This document shows, in pieces, positions 1-9,045 of a stretch of DNA of 64,000 bases (positions within the stretch are counted from its first letter, which is position 1; every line of letters begins with the position of its first letter). A program made the position numbers and the translations under genes. Under the pieces are notes generated by a model. The model searched no databases. It worked only from the letters and a program-made list of their open reading frames with translations, and was not told the origin of the DNA. The stretch is from a virus, in IMG/VR virus record IMGVR_UViG_3300029505_000004, positions 460 through 64,459 of that record. The stretch is one strand, 5' to 3'.

Positions 1-5
1 AACAA

Positions 6-818
6 ATGCTCAACAAGTACCTTGTTCATAATCTGTTCAGGAAATGGACGGGAAATTTCATGGATCAAGATACCGGGGAAGTTGTAAGTCTTGACAGAAA
101 CGAACTTATTCTTGAAGCCGGAACATATCTGGGTAAGGAAGAATGTTCTACTATCAACTTCTACATGCAGGAAGGATCAATCACGGAAGTGGAAGTATCT
201 AACCAGAAAAGAATGGCATTCGAGAACGACCGAGACGCGCTAGTTCCTTACATCGCACAGGTTATGCTGGACAAGAAGAAAAAATTCCTGTTGAAGGCTC
301 AAAATATTGATCAGGCAAGAGAAATAGTAAAAGACTATACAGAACTGAACTTTAAAAGCCCCTATCGTATAACTCTTCTTAAAGAATTTGACTATTGCAC
401 AATTCTGGTAGACAAACTTTCTGTTACCCCAATCGACGAAATAGGCAAACTTGCTATTGAATTTTCTGATCTTTACTCTGAAGAACAGATCAAAGCCCTT
501 ATGGGAGAAGGTGAAGAAGATATTCCGGAACCTAAATTCTACAACATCGAAGCAAGAATAATACTCACCGGACCTAAAGAAGAATATAAAGAGGAAACAA
601 ACCAGACGTTTGTCGTGGAAACCTATAATGCGGAACGTGCAATGCTAATCATTAATAAGTATCTCAATGATAAGCAGGATGAACTTGAAAAAGCCGCAAA
701 AGAAAAAGGACGGGAATTCGATAGAAAGATCATTCACGCAAGTATAGAACAATCTTCCATCATTCCTGTGAACTCATATATTCCAGAAGAATTCAGTATA
801 GCCTATGCAGAAAAATAG
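6..818 (+). CDS. hypothetical protein, first visible gene of the + strand early operon
   Basis: 270-aa ORF. It overlaps the next gene by 14 nt. No motif recognised. The ATG lies 5 nt from the window edge, so the true start could be upstream. Confidence 0.55.
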   Translation: MLNKYLVHNLFRKWTGNFMDQDTGEVVSLDRNELILEAGTYLGKEECSTINFYMQEGSITEVEVSNQKRMAFENDRDALVPYIAQVMLDKKKKFLLKAQNIDQAREIVKDYTELNFKSPYRITLLKEFDYCTILVDKLSVTPIDEIGKLAIEFSDLYSEEQIKALMGEGEEDIPEPKFYNIEARIILTGPKEEYKEETNQTFVVETYNAERAMLIINKYLNDKQDELEKAAKEKGREFDRKIIHASIEQSSIIPVNSYIPEEFSIAYAEK

Positions 819-1221
819 AATTAGCCTTACCGATTTTCTAAAACAACAGAAAAAATCATCTGGTAAGCATGATGATGAAGAACACCGCATACAATGTTCT
901 TGTGTAAAATGGTTCAGGATGCAATATCCCCAATACCAGAATATCCTGTTTGCTATTCCTAATGCTGCAAGAAGAACCCCCCGAATTGGGGCTTACATGA
1001 AGGATGAAGGTATGCTTCCCGGTGTAGCTGATCTCATATTTCTGAAAAGTAACCGCAATTACAGTGCGCTATGTATTGAGATGAAAACTAAAGACGGAAG
1101 GCAAAGCGAATCACAGAAGAAATGGGAAAAAGCTGCAAAGGAAAATGGAAGTCATTATATCGTATGCCGGTCGTTTGACGAATTCAGAAAAGTAGTAACA
1201 GATTATATCAATGATATGTAA
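805..1221 (+). CDS. VRR-NUC domain nuclease (PD-(D/E)XK fold)
   Basis: 138 aa. Motifs: HRIQCSCVKWF...GVADLIFL...ALCIEMKTKDGRQSESQKKW. The D...E-x-K arrangement and size are typical of phage VRR-NUC proteins. Confidence 0.8.
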   Translation: MQKNRISLTDFLKQQKKSSGKHDDEEHRIQCSCVKWFRMQYPQYQNILFAIPNAARRTPRIGAYMKDEGMLPGVADLIFLKSNRNYSALCIEMKTKDGRQSESQKKWEKAAKENGSHYIVCRSFDEFRKVVTDYINDM

Positions 1222-1874
1222 TGAACCGAAAATCATTCTTGCTGTATCTCGATACGCTGGACGTTATTCAGGAACTTACCGATGCACAGATCGGTAAACT
1301 ATTCCGGGCCATCGTATCTTATCAGCACGGACTTGATGATCCAGATAACAGAGAATATGAAGAATTGCTGTCCGGAGATTCCCTGTTAAAGATTGCGTTT
1401 ACTCCTTTCAAATCCCAGTTTGACAGAGATTTTCTTAAATACAAAGAAGTGTGCGAGAAAAGAGCAAATGCCGGAAGGAAAGGAGGAATAGCAAAGGCAA
1501 GTAAGGCACCTGCAGGACCGGTAAATCCGGTTCCTGTAAAGCCTGTTAAAGCTTTTGGAGACATTATCCAAGAACTTAATTCCGATCAGTTATGGATCGA
1601 ACAAATGTGCCGTCAGTCCGGAATAGGCGCAAAGACTTTTCTGGGAATTTTACCGGAACAAATTAATAAGTTCTTTGACTATATCTCTGCAACCGGACAG
1701 GAAGATACCGTGCTAACCACATCTGATGCAAAGAAACGGTTTTTCTGGTGGTGGAAAAATCAGGGTATAGAATCTATTAAACCAACCAATAATGGAAGAA
1801 AAACAAACATTAGCACAAAACCAGATATTCAACCTAGTAAACCGCCTGAAAAAGACTATTCTGGTTCATTCTGA
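1221..1874 (+). CDS. putative DNA-binding / replication-associated protein (DUF6291-like N-terminus)
   Basis: 217 aa. N-terminus FLLYLDTLDVIQELTDAQIGKLFRAIVSYQ resembles phage replication/DnaD-like helper proteins (from memory). TAATG start-stop overlap with the upstream gene. Sits directly upstream of an AAA+ loader-like gene. Confidence 0.5.
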   Translation: MNRKSFLLYLDTLDVIQELTDAQIGKLFRAIVSYQHGLDDPDNREYEELLSGDSLLKIAFTPFKSQFDRDFLKYKEVCEKRANAGRKGGIAKASKAPAGPVNPVPVKPVKAFGDIIQELNSDQLWIEQMCRQSGIGAKTFLGILPEQINKFFDYISATGQEDTVLTTSDAKKRFFWWWKNQGIESIKPTNNGRKTNISTKPDIQPSKPPEKDYSGSF

Positions 1875-2529
1875 GTATGACTTGACCGACTTTGATGAAT
1901 TTGACCGGCATTGCCTTATGATTGAACAGATAGGTGCTGCATACATGGGGCGAGAATTCAGGGAGTTTGTTATTGACAGTTACAATAAAGATGTTATAAG
2001 ATTTCTTGTTTACTACTTCAACAACTGCAAGCTGGCTGAGAGTATCTTTCCCGACAAAGAATTTAAAGTTTACAAGAACCTTATGATCCTGGGATCTCCG
2101 GGAACAGGAAAGACATTGCTTATGCAGATATTTTCAGACTATCTTATGCTGACAGGAAACCCCAACCGGTTCTATAACGTGTCTGTAACCCAAATGATGA
2201 ATTACTACAAGATGAACGGGCATATAGACAGGTATACATACAACGAAAATTCCGGCAAAGGAAGTATAGAAGGTGATCCATTCAACATCTGTATTAATGA
2301 CATCGGTCTGGAAACAGAGAATCAGAAAAGCTATGGTACTTCACTTGATCTAGTAATAGATGAATTCCTGTATGCCAGATATGAGATATTTCAGAACCAG
2401 TTTAAGAAATGCCATATAACCAGCAATCTTTCACCTGATGAATTCAAAGAAAGGTTTGGATATCGGCTGGTAGACCGGTTCAAGAGTTTTAACGTAATAC
2501 CTTTATTAGGAGATAGTAGAAGAATATGA
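1792..2529 (+). CDS. DnaC/IstB-like AAA+ ATPase (putative helicase loader)
   Basis: Walker A MILGSPGTGKTLLMQ and Walker B-like ICINDIG. The start is uncertain: ATG 1792 overlaps the previous gene by 83 nt, and the next in-frame ATG is near 1918. Confidence 0.7.
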   Translation: MEEKQTLAQNQIFNLVNRLKKTILVHSEYDLTDFDEFDRHCLMIEQIGAAYMGREFREFVIDSYNKDVIRFLVYYFNNCKLAESIFPDKEFKVYKNLMILGSPGTGKTLLMQIFSDYLMLTGNPNRFYNVSVTQMMNYYKMNGHIDRYTYNENSGKGSIEGDPFNICINDIGLETENQKSYGTSLDLVIDEFLYARYEIFQNQFKKCHITSNLSPDEFKERFGYRLVDRFKSFNVIPLLGDSRRI

Positions 2530-2918
2530 TCAGACAAGACCAGTTTCCCCTTACATCATATCCCGGAAAATCATTCCAGAAGGAATACAGGGGAACAGAT
2601 ATCGTAATAGTGATATCAGCAGGACGCGGGATAGACTGCATTGTTATGAAGGACAATAAGGTTTTCTGGAAAGATCACCGGAAGTTTATAAAAGTCAGTG
2701 ACTATTTTAAACAAGCAGAACAACAAATAGATTTCTTGATCGAAGGAAGAACAGATTTACGCCTTCAAATGATGCAGCAGCAGCTTGATACGATTAAGGA
2801 TAAAGCTATGCGTGCGGCAAAACAAGCTATGGCTACCGCTTTATCATTATCGAAAGATCGCAAAGATCTGATGGATTTTTTTGATTTTGAAATTAAAAAA
2901 CAATTTGGGAAAATATGA
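2526..2918 (+). CDS. hypothetical protein
   Basis: 130-aa ORF with ATGA start-stop overlaps on both sides (translational coupling). Confidence 0.6.
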   Translation: MIRQDQFPLTSYPGKSFQKEYRGTDIVIVISAGRGIDCIVMKDNKVFWKDHRKFIKVSDYFKQAEQQIDFLIEGRTDLRLQMMQQQLDTIKDKAMRAAKQAMATALSLSKDRKDLMDFFDFEIKKQFGKI

Positions 2919-3307
2919 TAAACGATAAACTAATGTCATTTATGTGCTCAAGAATTCCTTTCGGGTTGAAGGTGTTTTCTTCGGAATATGGAATTCTGGA
3001 ATTGGAAAGTGTAAGCCGTGATGGAATGGTTGAACTTAGAGGGAATAATGAATCTTCTGTTTATACCCAATTCTTTAACGTAAAACCAATATTATATCCT
3101 GCTGAAATGTTTTTGAATGATGTTGTTGTATGCGTCAGTCAAAGCACTGTGAAATATGTTATAAATGGTATTTTCCCATATTTTACCGACCAGCTTGGAT
3201 TTGTCAATGAAGGTCTGGCCGTCTCGGTTTTCGATTTACCTTTTGATCCGTACATGAAATATGACGGGAACCAATTTAAAGTAGGAACACAAAACATAGT
3301 AAAATGA
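2915..3307 (+). CDS. hypothetical protein
   Basis: 130-aa ORF with ATGA overlaps on both sides. Confidence 0.6.
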   Translation: MINDKLMSFMCSRIPFGLKVFSSEYGILELESVSRDGMVELRGNNESSVYTQFFNVKPILYPAEMFLNDVVVCVSQSTVKYVINGIFPYFTDQLGFVNEGLAVSVFDLPFDPYMKYDGNQFKVGTQNIVK

Positions 3308-3663
3308 TACCTCTGGGATTTATTACAGCCTTACAAGGCTTAGAAAGTATTCTAGCCAAAACATATAACAAAAGTATATATATGGGAACAAAGTTAATAA
3401 CACTTCCTTATTCTGAATATCAGGAATTACTTCAAAAGGCAAATGCCACCAATTACCAGTTGATTAAAGAATCGGAGAACATCAGGAAGGAATACGAATC
3501 ACTCCTTGAGAAAAGCAACAATTTATACAAAAATTATTTTGAACTGTATACAAAGCAAAAAGAAGAAATCAAAGAAATGGAACGAGTAATTACTCAGCTT
3601 AAAATGGAGTTAAGCAAGAAATGGTGGAAACGTATCTTTAATCATAAAAAACTGGAATTATGA
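3304..3663 (+). CDS. hypothetical coiled-coil protein
   Basis: 119 aa. K/E-rich heptad-like C-terminal half. ATGA overlaps on both sides. Confidence 0.6.
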   Translation: MIPLGFITALQGLESILAKTYNKSIYMGTKLITLPYSEYQELLQKANATNYQLIKESENIRKEYESLLEKSNNLYKNYFELYTKQKEEIKEMERVITQLKMELSKKWWKRIFNHKKLEL

Positions 3664-4289
3664 CAAAGGAAGAAGCAAACAATATCATAGCAGGAAATGA
3701 AGCTATGGTGATCGGATGCACTTACAACGTGCTATTTACAAATGATATAGTGATAGGTCTTACGATAGAAGCTGTTGAATCTATCAGGAAATCTCCATTA
3801 TACCGGTTTGATACCAAAAGAAAAGTAAATATAGTAGAGAAAGATCGCTTGAAATATGAAAGGTTGATAAATGAAGTAATTGGTAACACAAGTTCTTTCT
3901 TTGCTGACGCAAACGACATTTTTCTTGAAGATATTCAGAAGCATGTAGATATACTGTACTACTCGATTAAAAGAGAATTTGATAAAGTGAATTTATCTTT
4001 TTCCGGCATAATAGCACGCATGGAACTTGCCAGAACATTGTGTGAATTCTCATGCCTTCAACTGGATAAAAGAGAAGAGGAACTTCAAGAGAAGGACAAG
4101 CGTTTCAAGAAATTCGGCATTGACTATTTACGTTTGACGAATCTTTTACGGTCGTTATCCGAAACAATGAAAACCTTAAATGTACCCTGTACGGTAAATC
4201 TTAATACTGAAGAATGTACAAAAGCAATTAATATATTATCTGTTAAACTTGCTGATGCGAATACAATCGCAAAAGCTATATCCGCATAA
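3660..4289 (+). CDS. hypothetical protein
   Basis: 209-aa ORF, coupled to the upstream gene. Confidence 0.6.
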   Translation: MTKEEANNIIAGNEAMVIGCTYNVLFTNDIVIGLTIEAVESIRKSPLYRFDTKRKVNIVEKDRLKYERLINEVIGNTSSFFADANDIFLEDIQKHVDILYYSIKREFDKVNLSFSGIIARMELARTLCEFSCLQLDKREEELQEKDKRFKKFGIDYLRLTNLLRSLSETMKTLNVPCTVNLNTEECTKAINILSVKLADANTIAKAISA

Positions 4290-4292
4290 GTT

Positions 4293-4508
4293 ATGAAGAA
4301 ATCACAAGATCCGATAGTCCAGCGTAAAGTAGATCTGGAAGAAAACCCTAAAGGAACCATGCTCAAAGTATCTCAGCAAAGAGATCTGGAGGAAAACGGA
4401 AGATATGTTCCAGTTCCGGGAGATAAAAATCACACAATGATTTTCGTCCGTAATGGTGATGATCCAGAAAAGAGAATTGCTGCATATCTGGAAAGAACTA
4501 GATATTAA
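4293..4508 (+). CDS. hypothetical small protein
   Basis: 71-aa ORF that fills the gap in the operon 3 nt after the previous stop. Confidence 0.5.
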   Translation: MKKSQDPIVQRKVDLEENPKGTMLKVSQQRDLEENGRYVPVPGDKNHTMIFVRNGDDPEKRIAAYLERTRY

Positions 4509-4526
4509 TTTTTAAAATAATACATT

Positions 4527-5399
4527 ATGAAAAAGACTTATAAATTTGAACTTCCACAAAACAAGGAATTAAAAAGCGCAAATACACGTGTAGAAGATGG
4601 GAAACTTTTTGTTGATGTTGAGTTTCAAGAGAAGTTTGATCCGAAAGATGGTGATTTTCTGTATTGTAAAGACTGTGGAGTTTTCATTTGCAGAGGTAAT
4701 TCACCTTATGAAGGAACATTGAGAGCATATATTGGTATTAATAGAGGTGGGGAATTAGTAGATCAACCAGAATTGTTTCTTAATACAACATATTGGTGCT
4801 GGATGGGAGATTGTAGGTATGCCACACCCGAAGAAAAAGCTGCCTTCCTTGAAAGGCTTGAAAAGAAATGTCACAAGAAATGGAATTCGGAAAAGAAATG
4901 CTTGGAAGATATCTATATACCTAAATTTGGGGATATTGTAAGAATTGATCATCCAGACATTAATGAATACAAAAGACAGTATGTAATAAGCATATTCCCA
5001 GATAAGGAAGTTCCTAATACAAGTGTTAGTGGTTTCTTTGATGTATGCGGAATAGATATGGATGGAAATCTGTTTTTTGAGGGTAAAGCTTACTATAATT
5101 ACGGATATGTATCTCCTGCATCAGAATCAGAGAAACAAGAACTGTTTAGCAAACTAGAAGATGTAGGCCTTAGATGGAATTCTGAAACTAAGAGTTTTGA
5201 AAATATAAGATGGAGAGCAGGTCAACTTTGTGAATATTATTCAATAGATTTCAATTATACAATAAAAAGATATGTTGAATCTTTTTCTATTGAAGATTTT
5301 AAGAGATATACAAATGGTAATTACTTCCGCACACCCGAAGCCGCCCAAAAGGTAGCCGACCAGATAAAAGATATTTTCAAAAAAAGTAAAGTTGAATGA
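4527..5399 (+). CDS. hypothetical protein
   Basis: 290-aa ORF. ATGA overlap with the next gene. Confidence 0.6.
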   Translation: MKKTYKFELPQNKELKSANTRVEDGKLFVDVEFQEKFDPKDGDFLYCKDCGVFICRGNSPYEGTLRAYIGINRGGELVDQPELFLNTTYWCWMGDCRYATPEEKAAFLERLEKKCHKKWNSEKKCLEDIYIPKFGDIVRIDHPDINEYKRQYVISIFPDKEVPNTSVSGFFDVCGIDMDGNLFFEGKAYYNYGYVSPASESEKQELFSKLEDVGLRWNSETKSFENIRWRAGQLCEYYSIDFNYTIKRYVESFSIEDFKRYTNGNYFRTPEAAQKVADQIKDIFKKSKVE

Positions 5400-5716
5400 C
5401 TATGGATAAAGAAGATATCGAAAAAGCAGCAGCCGAATATGCAAATGAAGCTTGCCGTCCACTATGGAGAACAGGTAACGAACAGGTCTGTATGACCGAT
5501 TTCATAGAAGGTGTAAAATGGCGAATAAATTCAGTTTGGCATTACGATAAATCAATGCCTAATATAAATGAGCCATTTTTACTAATAGATCATAAGTGGG
5601 CATTAGTTTTACGGATAGGTTGCGAAAGAGACTGGGCTATTATGATAAAGGATAAAATATTTGTTAAATGGGCATACATTAAGGATTTAATACCAAATAA
5701 GGAGGGAGAACAATGA
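5396..5716 (+). CDS. hypothetical protein
   Basis: 106-aa ORF, coupled on both sides. Confidence 0.6.
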   Translation: MTMDKEDIEKAAAEYANEACRPLWRTGNEQVCMTDFIEGVKWRINSVWHYDKSMPNINEPFLLIDHKWALVLRIGCERDWAIMIKDKIFVKWAYIKDLIPNKEGEQ

Positions 5717-6024
5717 TAGATGAATTACCTAATAATATACACCCCGATGTTTTACGGAAAGTCACATCATTAAGATCTTATGCAAGAGACATAATTTCAG
5801 AAGCTAAATATCAACTTGGTGGAGAGTTCCCAAAAGGTAAAAGGGTGGCAATAAATAAGGCTGTACCATTTAGTGATAACCTTAGAATGATTGAGACTAA
5901 ACAAGCATTTGAAGTGCTCAAGAGGTATTTAAGACGAAAGTATAGCCGATTGCATTATGAAGAATATATTGGAGGATATGAAGTACGTTTCTGTATTTCG
6001 TTTTACACAGATAAGGAGGACTAA
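5713..6024 (+). CDS. hypothetical protein
   Basis: 103-aa ORF. GGAGG at 5701-5705, 7 nt before the ATG. Confidence 0.6.
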   Translation: MIDELPNNIHPDVLRKVTSLRSYARDIISEAKYQLGGEFPKGKRVAINKAVPFSDNLRMIETKQAFEVLKRYLRRKYSRLHYEEYIGGYEVRFCISFYTDKED

Positions 6025-6026
6025 TT

Positions 6027-6131
6027 ATGACAGAGCAAGAATTAGACAATATATGCGAACAGACACAATGCGATGGGGATTGCGTTCAATGTCCGATATT
6101 TGCAGAGTATATAAGCGGAAAGGAAGAATGA
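6027..6131 (+). CDS. small Cys-rich protein (34 aa), below the ORF-track cutoff
   Basis: Hand translation: MTEQELDNICEQTQCDGDCVQCPIFAEYISGKEE. AGGAGG at 6014-6019, 7 nt before the ATG. It fills a gap otherwise covered only by implausible overlapping ORFs. Confidence 0.4.
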   Translation: MTEQELDNICEQTQCDGDCVQCPIFAEYISGKEE

Positions 6132-6134
6132 TAT

Positions 6135-6314
6135 ATGAGGAAAGATGAATTGGTAGTATTAAGGTTTCATACAAAAGAAGATTTAGATAAAGCATTGTCA
6201 TTTTTGAGCAATAAGTCAAAACGTGAAATACTACCAAAAACTAATACTGGGTATTATGTGAAAATATCAAAAAGTAGTGCCATAAAGATAGAAAAGGAAT
6301 TGAATAAAAAGTAG
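6135..6314 (+). CDS. small hypothetical protein (59 aa), below the ORF-track cutoff
   Basis: Hand translation: MRKDELVVLRFHTKEDLDKALSFLSNKSKREILPKTNTGYYVKISKSSAIKIEKELNKK. AGGAAG lies 8 nt upstream of the ATG. Confidence 0.4.
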   Translation: MRKDELVVLRFHTKEDLDKALSFLSNKSKREILPKTNTGYYVKISKSSAIKIEKELNKK

Positions 6315-6345
6315 ATGTTATTTTCGTAAAAGTGGAGGAATGATT

Positions 6346-6756
6346 ATGAACAGAGAAATAAAATTCAGAGGAAAATCAGAAGTCACAAATGAGTGGGTTT
6401 ACGGCTCACTTGTAAAGGTTGGGAACGAAAGTCATATAGTCGGATTTGATGAAGTAGACTTAGACGGACATCATCTAAGCTATTGCAGTGATAGACCGAT
6501 ATTCACGAAACAGGGAACAATAGGCCAGTTTACCGGGAAATATGATAAAAACGGAAAAGAAATATACGAAGGAGATATATTAAGACATCTAAATGGAAAT
6601 ACATTTCAAGTTTTATACTCTAATCGCACTACTTCTTTTATTCTTATATCTATTTCTCACAAAGAAGTTGGTTTAGATTTGGGTATTTATGATACTGAAA
6701 ATTGTTTTGAGGTAATTGGTAACATATACGATAATAAAGAACTTTTGGAGGAATAA
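6346..6756 (+). CDS. YopX family protein
   Basis: MNREIKFRGK...EWVYG...GQFTGKYDKNGKEIYEGDIL...EVIGNIYDNKELLE is the classic YopX pattern. Start moved to ATG 6346, which is 7 nt after GGAGG at 6334-6338; the track start 6340 is too close to the RBS. Confidence 0.8.
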   Translation: MNREIKFRGKSEVTNEWVYGSLVKVGNESHIVGFDEVDLDGHHLSYCSDRPIFTKQGTIGQFTGKYDKNGKEIYEGDILRHLNGNTFQVLYSNRTTSFILISISHKEVGLDLGIYDTENCFEVIGNIYDNKELLEE

Positions 6757-6759
6757 ATT

Positions 6760-7278
6760 ATGAAACCAATTCTTGATGCTTGCTGCGGTGGGAAAATGTT
6801 TTATTTTGATAAATCAGACAATAGAGTTTTATTTCAAGATATTCGCAAAGTAAAGACAACTCTTTGTGATGGTAGAATCTTTGAAGTAAATCCTGATGTT
6901 CAATGTGATTTTACTAAAATGCCATACGGAGATGATACTTTTTCTATGGTAGTATTTGATCCACCTCATTTAGTTTACAGCCGGGGGAAAAAGTCTAAAA
7001 TGGTTGACTTGTATGGATGCTTAAGTGACAAAGCAATGCCAACAGGGTATCAACAAATTAAATATGGAGCATTATATTCCGATTGGCGAGATATGCTTTC
7101 AAAAGGTTTTAAAGAGTGCTTTAGGGTATTAAAATCAGGTGGATTTTTGATTTTTAAGTGGAATGATACAGATATAAAGGTTTCTGAGATTTTAAAGTTG
7201 ACACCTGAAAAACCTGTATTTGGTCATATATCAGGGAAACGCTCTAATACTCATTGGATTTGTTTTATGAAAGAATAA
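6760..7278 (+). CDS. putative SAM-dependent (DNA) methyltransferase
   Basis: Motif I-like ILDACCGGKMF and motif IV-like VVFDPPH, then FRVLKSGGFLIFKW. Small phage MTase architecture. GGAGG 8 nt upstream of the ATG. Confidence 0.65.
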   Translation: MKPILDACCGGKMFYFDKSDNRVLFQDIRKVKTTLCDGRIFEVNPDVQCDFTKMPYGDDTFSMVVFDPPHLVYSRGKKSKMVDLYGCLSDKAMPTGYQQIKYGALYSDWRDMLSKGFKECFRVLKSGGFLIFKWNDTDIKVSEILKLTPEKPVFGHISGKRSNTHWICFMKE

Positions 7279-7280
7279 TA

Positions 7281-7583
7281 ATGCTTAAAAGGGGATCATT
7301 TTCGGTTAAATTCCTTGCGGAAGGTGTATTGTTCCGTGAGGAATACGAACTTCCTTACAGAACGGAAGAACCGGTTTACTGGGCAAGAAATATGCTTAAT
7401 ACACATTCCACTTTATACCAAAACGCCTTAGAAAGAATTGCGAAAGACTTAGGAATATCTTTTTCTTATAAAAGAAAAGGATGGGAAAATAGAAGAATGG
7501 TTTGTTTTTTAGGGCTTGGATTGAAGGGAATTGATATAATTGAGATTAATGAAATACACAATCATTTAATATTGGAGGACTGA
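7281..7583 (+). CDS. hypothetical protein
   Basis: ORF frame 7254-7583. The ATG at 7281, directly after the upstream stop, was chosen as the start. Confidence 0.5.
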   Translation: MLKRGSFSVKFLAEGVLFREEYELPYRTEEPVYWARNMLNTHSTLYQNALERIAKDLGISFSYKRKGWENRRMVCFLGLGLKGIDIIEINEIHNHLILED

Positions 7584-7586
7584 GAT

Positions 7587-7889
7587 ATGAAAGCAAAAGT
7601 AAAAGCAACCGGAAAAGTAGTTGAAGCAGTAATAGATAAATGTTCTGTACCTGCATCCGGATATGGAGCAAAGTTTGTTTATGACTGTTCGGATGGAAAA
7701 AAATATTTTGATACCGAATTGGATTTTATCAATGTTTACCCAGATTGGCAGCAGATAAGAATACATGCTTCAATTGCAGCAATGCAAGGATGTTTGGCGA
7801 ATAATACTTTTTATGCTACCAAAGAAAATATTACAAAGTTGTCTGTCGGATTTGCTGATGCGCTGATTGAAGAACTTAAAAAAAAGTAA
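7587..7889 (+). CDS. hypothetical protein
   Basis: 100-aa ORF. GGAGG at 7574-7578, 8 nt upstream of the ATG. Confidence 0.55.
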   Translation: MKAKVKATGKVVEAVIDKCSVPASGYGAKFVYDCSDGKKYFDTELDFINVYPDWQQIRIHASIAAMQGCLANNTFYATKENITKLSVGFADALIEELKKK

Positions 7890-7890
7890 T

Positions 7891-8364
7891 ATGGGAAAGG
7901 AAGAAAAAGCAATGAGATACGTGCAGGATAAGATGTTCCCGCACATTATTAATGCTTCACGAATAACTGATCCATGTTTTACAAGAGATGATCTGAGAAA
8001 AGCGTATGAATCCGGATATGATGAGGGCTATTCTGAAGGAAGAACAGAAAATCTACTTGATCAATTAAAAAAGAATAAAGATGAAGAAGCAGAATTGATC
8101 TGTAAGAGAAAACAGGATGAAGCGTGGACTGAATTTAAAAAGATTTTCTATAATATGGAGACAAAGGAAGATAAAGCAAAAAAGTATGCTGAAGGACTTA
8201 ATAAAGTAGGCCAGTCTTTTGATATATATTATGTTGAGCAAGCTTTTCTGGATGGCTGGGAAGAATGTATGAAATATCTTAAATCTTTACCTTTAGATGA
8301 AGCTTCTAACAGAATTTTATATCATGGGACTAAAATAGGTGATAAATCAACTTTTAATGATTAA
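7891..8364 (+). CDS. hypothetical protein
   Basis: ORF frame 7867-8364. The ATG at 7891 follows the upstream stop (7887-7889). Confidence 0.5.
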   Translation: MGKEEKAMRYVQDKMFPHIINASRITDPCFTRDDLRKAYESGYDEGYSEGRTENLLDQLKKNKDEEAELICKRKQDEAWTEFKKIFYNMETKEDKAKKYAEGLNKVGQSFDIYYVEQAFLDGWEECMKYLKSLPLDEASNRILYHGTKIGDKSTFND

Positions 8365-8432
8365 GTGATATGGAAACAAAATATGTAAGAGTGCCATTTG
8401 ATGTTGAATTATGATAACTGGGAGGAATAGAT

Positions 8433-9038
8433 ATGCAAAAGATAATGTTCAACGACAAATACGGCTTAACTAAAGCCGTATTGGAAGGAAGAAAGACGCA
8501 GACAAGAAGAATTATCCCAAAGGATTTTTTCACTTTGCAATGGGACGTAAGGGATGATACTCTTGTTGTAGAGAACGAATGGGGTGATTTTATTGATATA
8601 AGAAACACCAAATTCTGCATGTTTAAGAAGGATGAAATTGTGGCGGTTGCTCAAAGTTACAAAGACTGTGGAGGTTTTATGGAGGATGGTACTCCAAGAT
8701 GGGATTACATATCATGTATTGTCGGAAACAAAAATGCAGGTTGGTCTAACAAGATGTTTGTAAAGCCAGAACTTATGCCGCATCAAATTCGCATGAAAAA
8801 CGTAAGAATTGAGCGTTTACAAGATATTTCGGATGAGGATTGCTTGGCTGAAGGAATAGAGTTTGACGCAAAAGCGAAATCATTTTATTGTGGGATGAAT
8901 GTATTGAACAATTCTAAAATTTGGCTAGGTTGTAGCCCTCGTGAAGCCTATGCCACATTGATTGACAAAGTAGGCAAGAAAGGTGATTGGAATAAGAATC
9001 CGTATGTATTTGCTTATGAATTTGAACTTATAAAATAA
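8433..9038 (+). CDS. ASCH/PUA-like domain protein
   Basis: N-terminal LTKAVLEGRKTQTRRII motif, typical of ASCH-type phage proteins (recognised from memory). GGAGG 7 nt upstream of the ATG. Confidence 0.55.
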   Translation: MQKIMFNDKYGLTKAVLEGRKTQTRRIIPKDFFTLQWDVRDDTLVVENEWGDFIDIRNTKFCMFKKDEIVAVAQSYKDCGGFMEDGTPRWDYISCIVGNKNAGWSNKMFVKPELMPHQIRMKNVRIERLQDISDEDCLAEGIEFDAKAKSFYCGMNVLNNSKIWLGCSPREAYATLIDKVGKKGDWNKNPYVFAYEFELIK

Positions 9039-9045
9039 TTGAATT

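Noticed and set aside
5957-6237. Track ORFs 5957-6148 (+) and 6025-6237 (-).
   Set aside because: The first overlaps the well-coupled 5713-6024 gene. The second is antisense. Two SD-preceded micro-ORFs (6027-6131, 6135-6314) explain the interval better.
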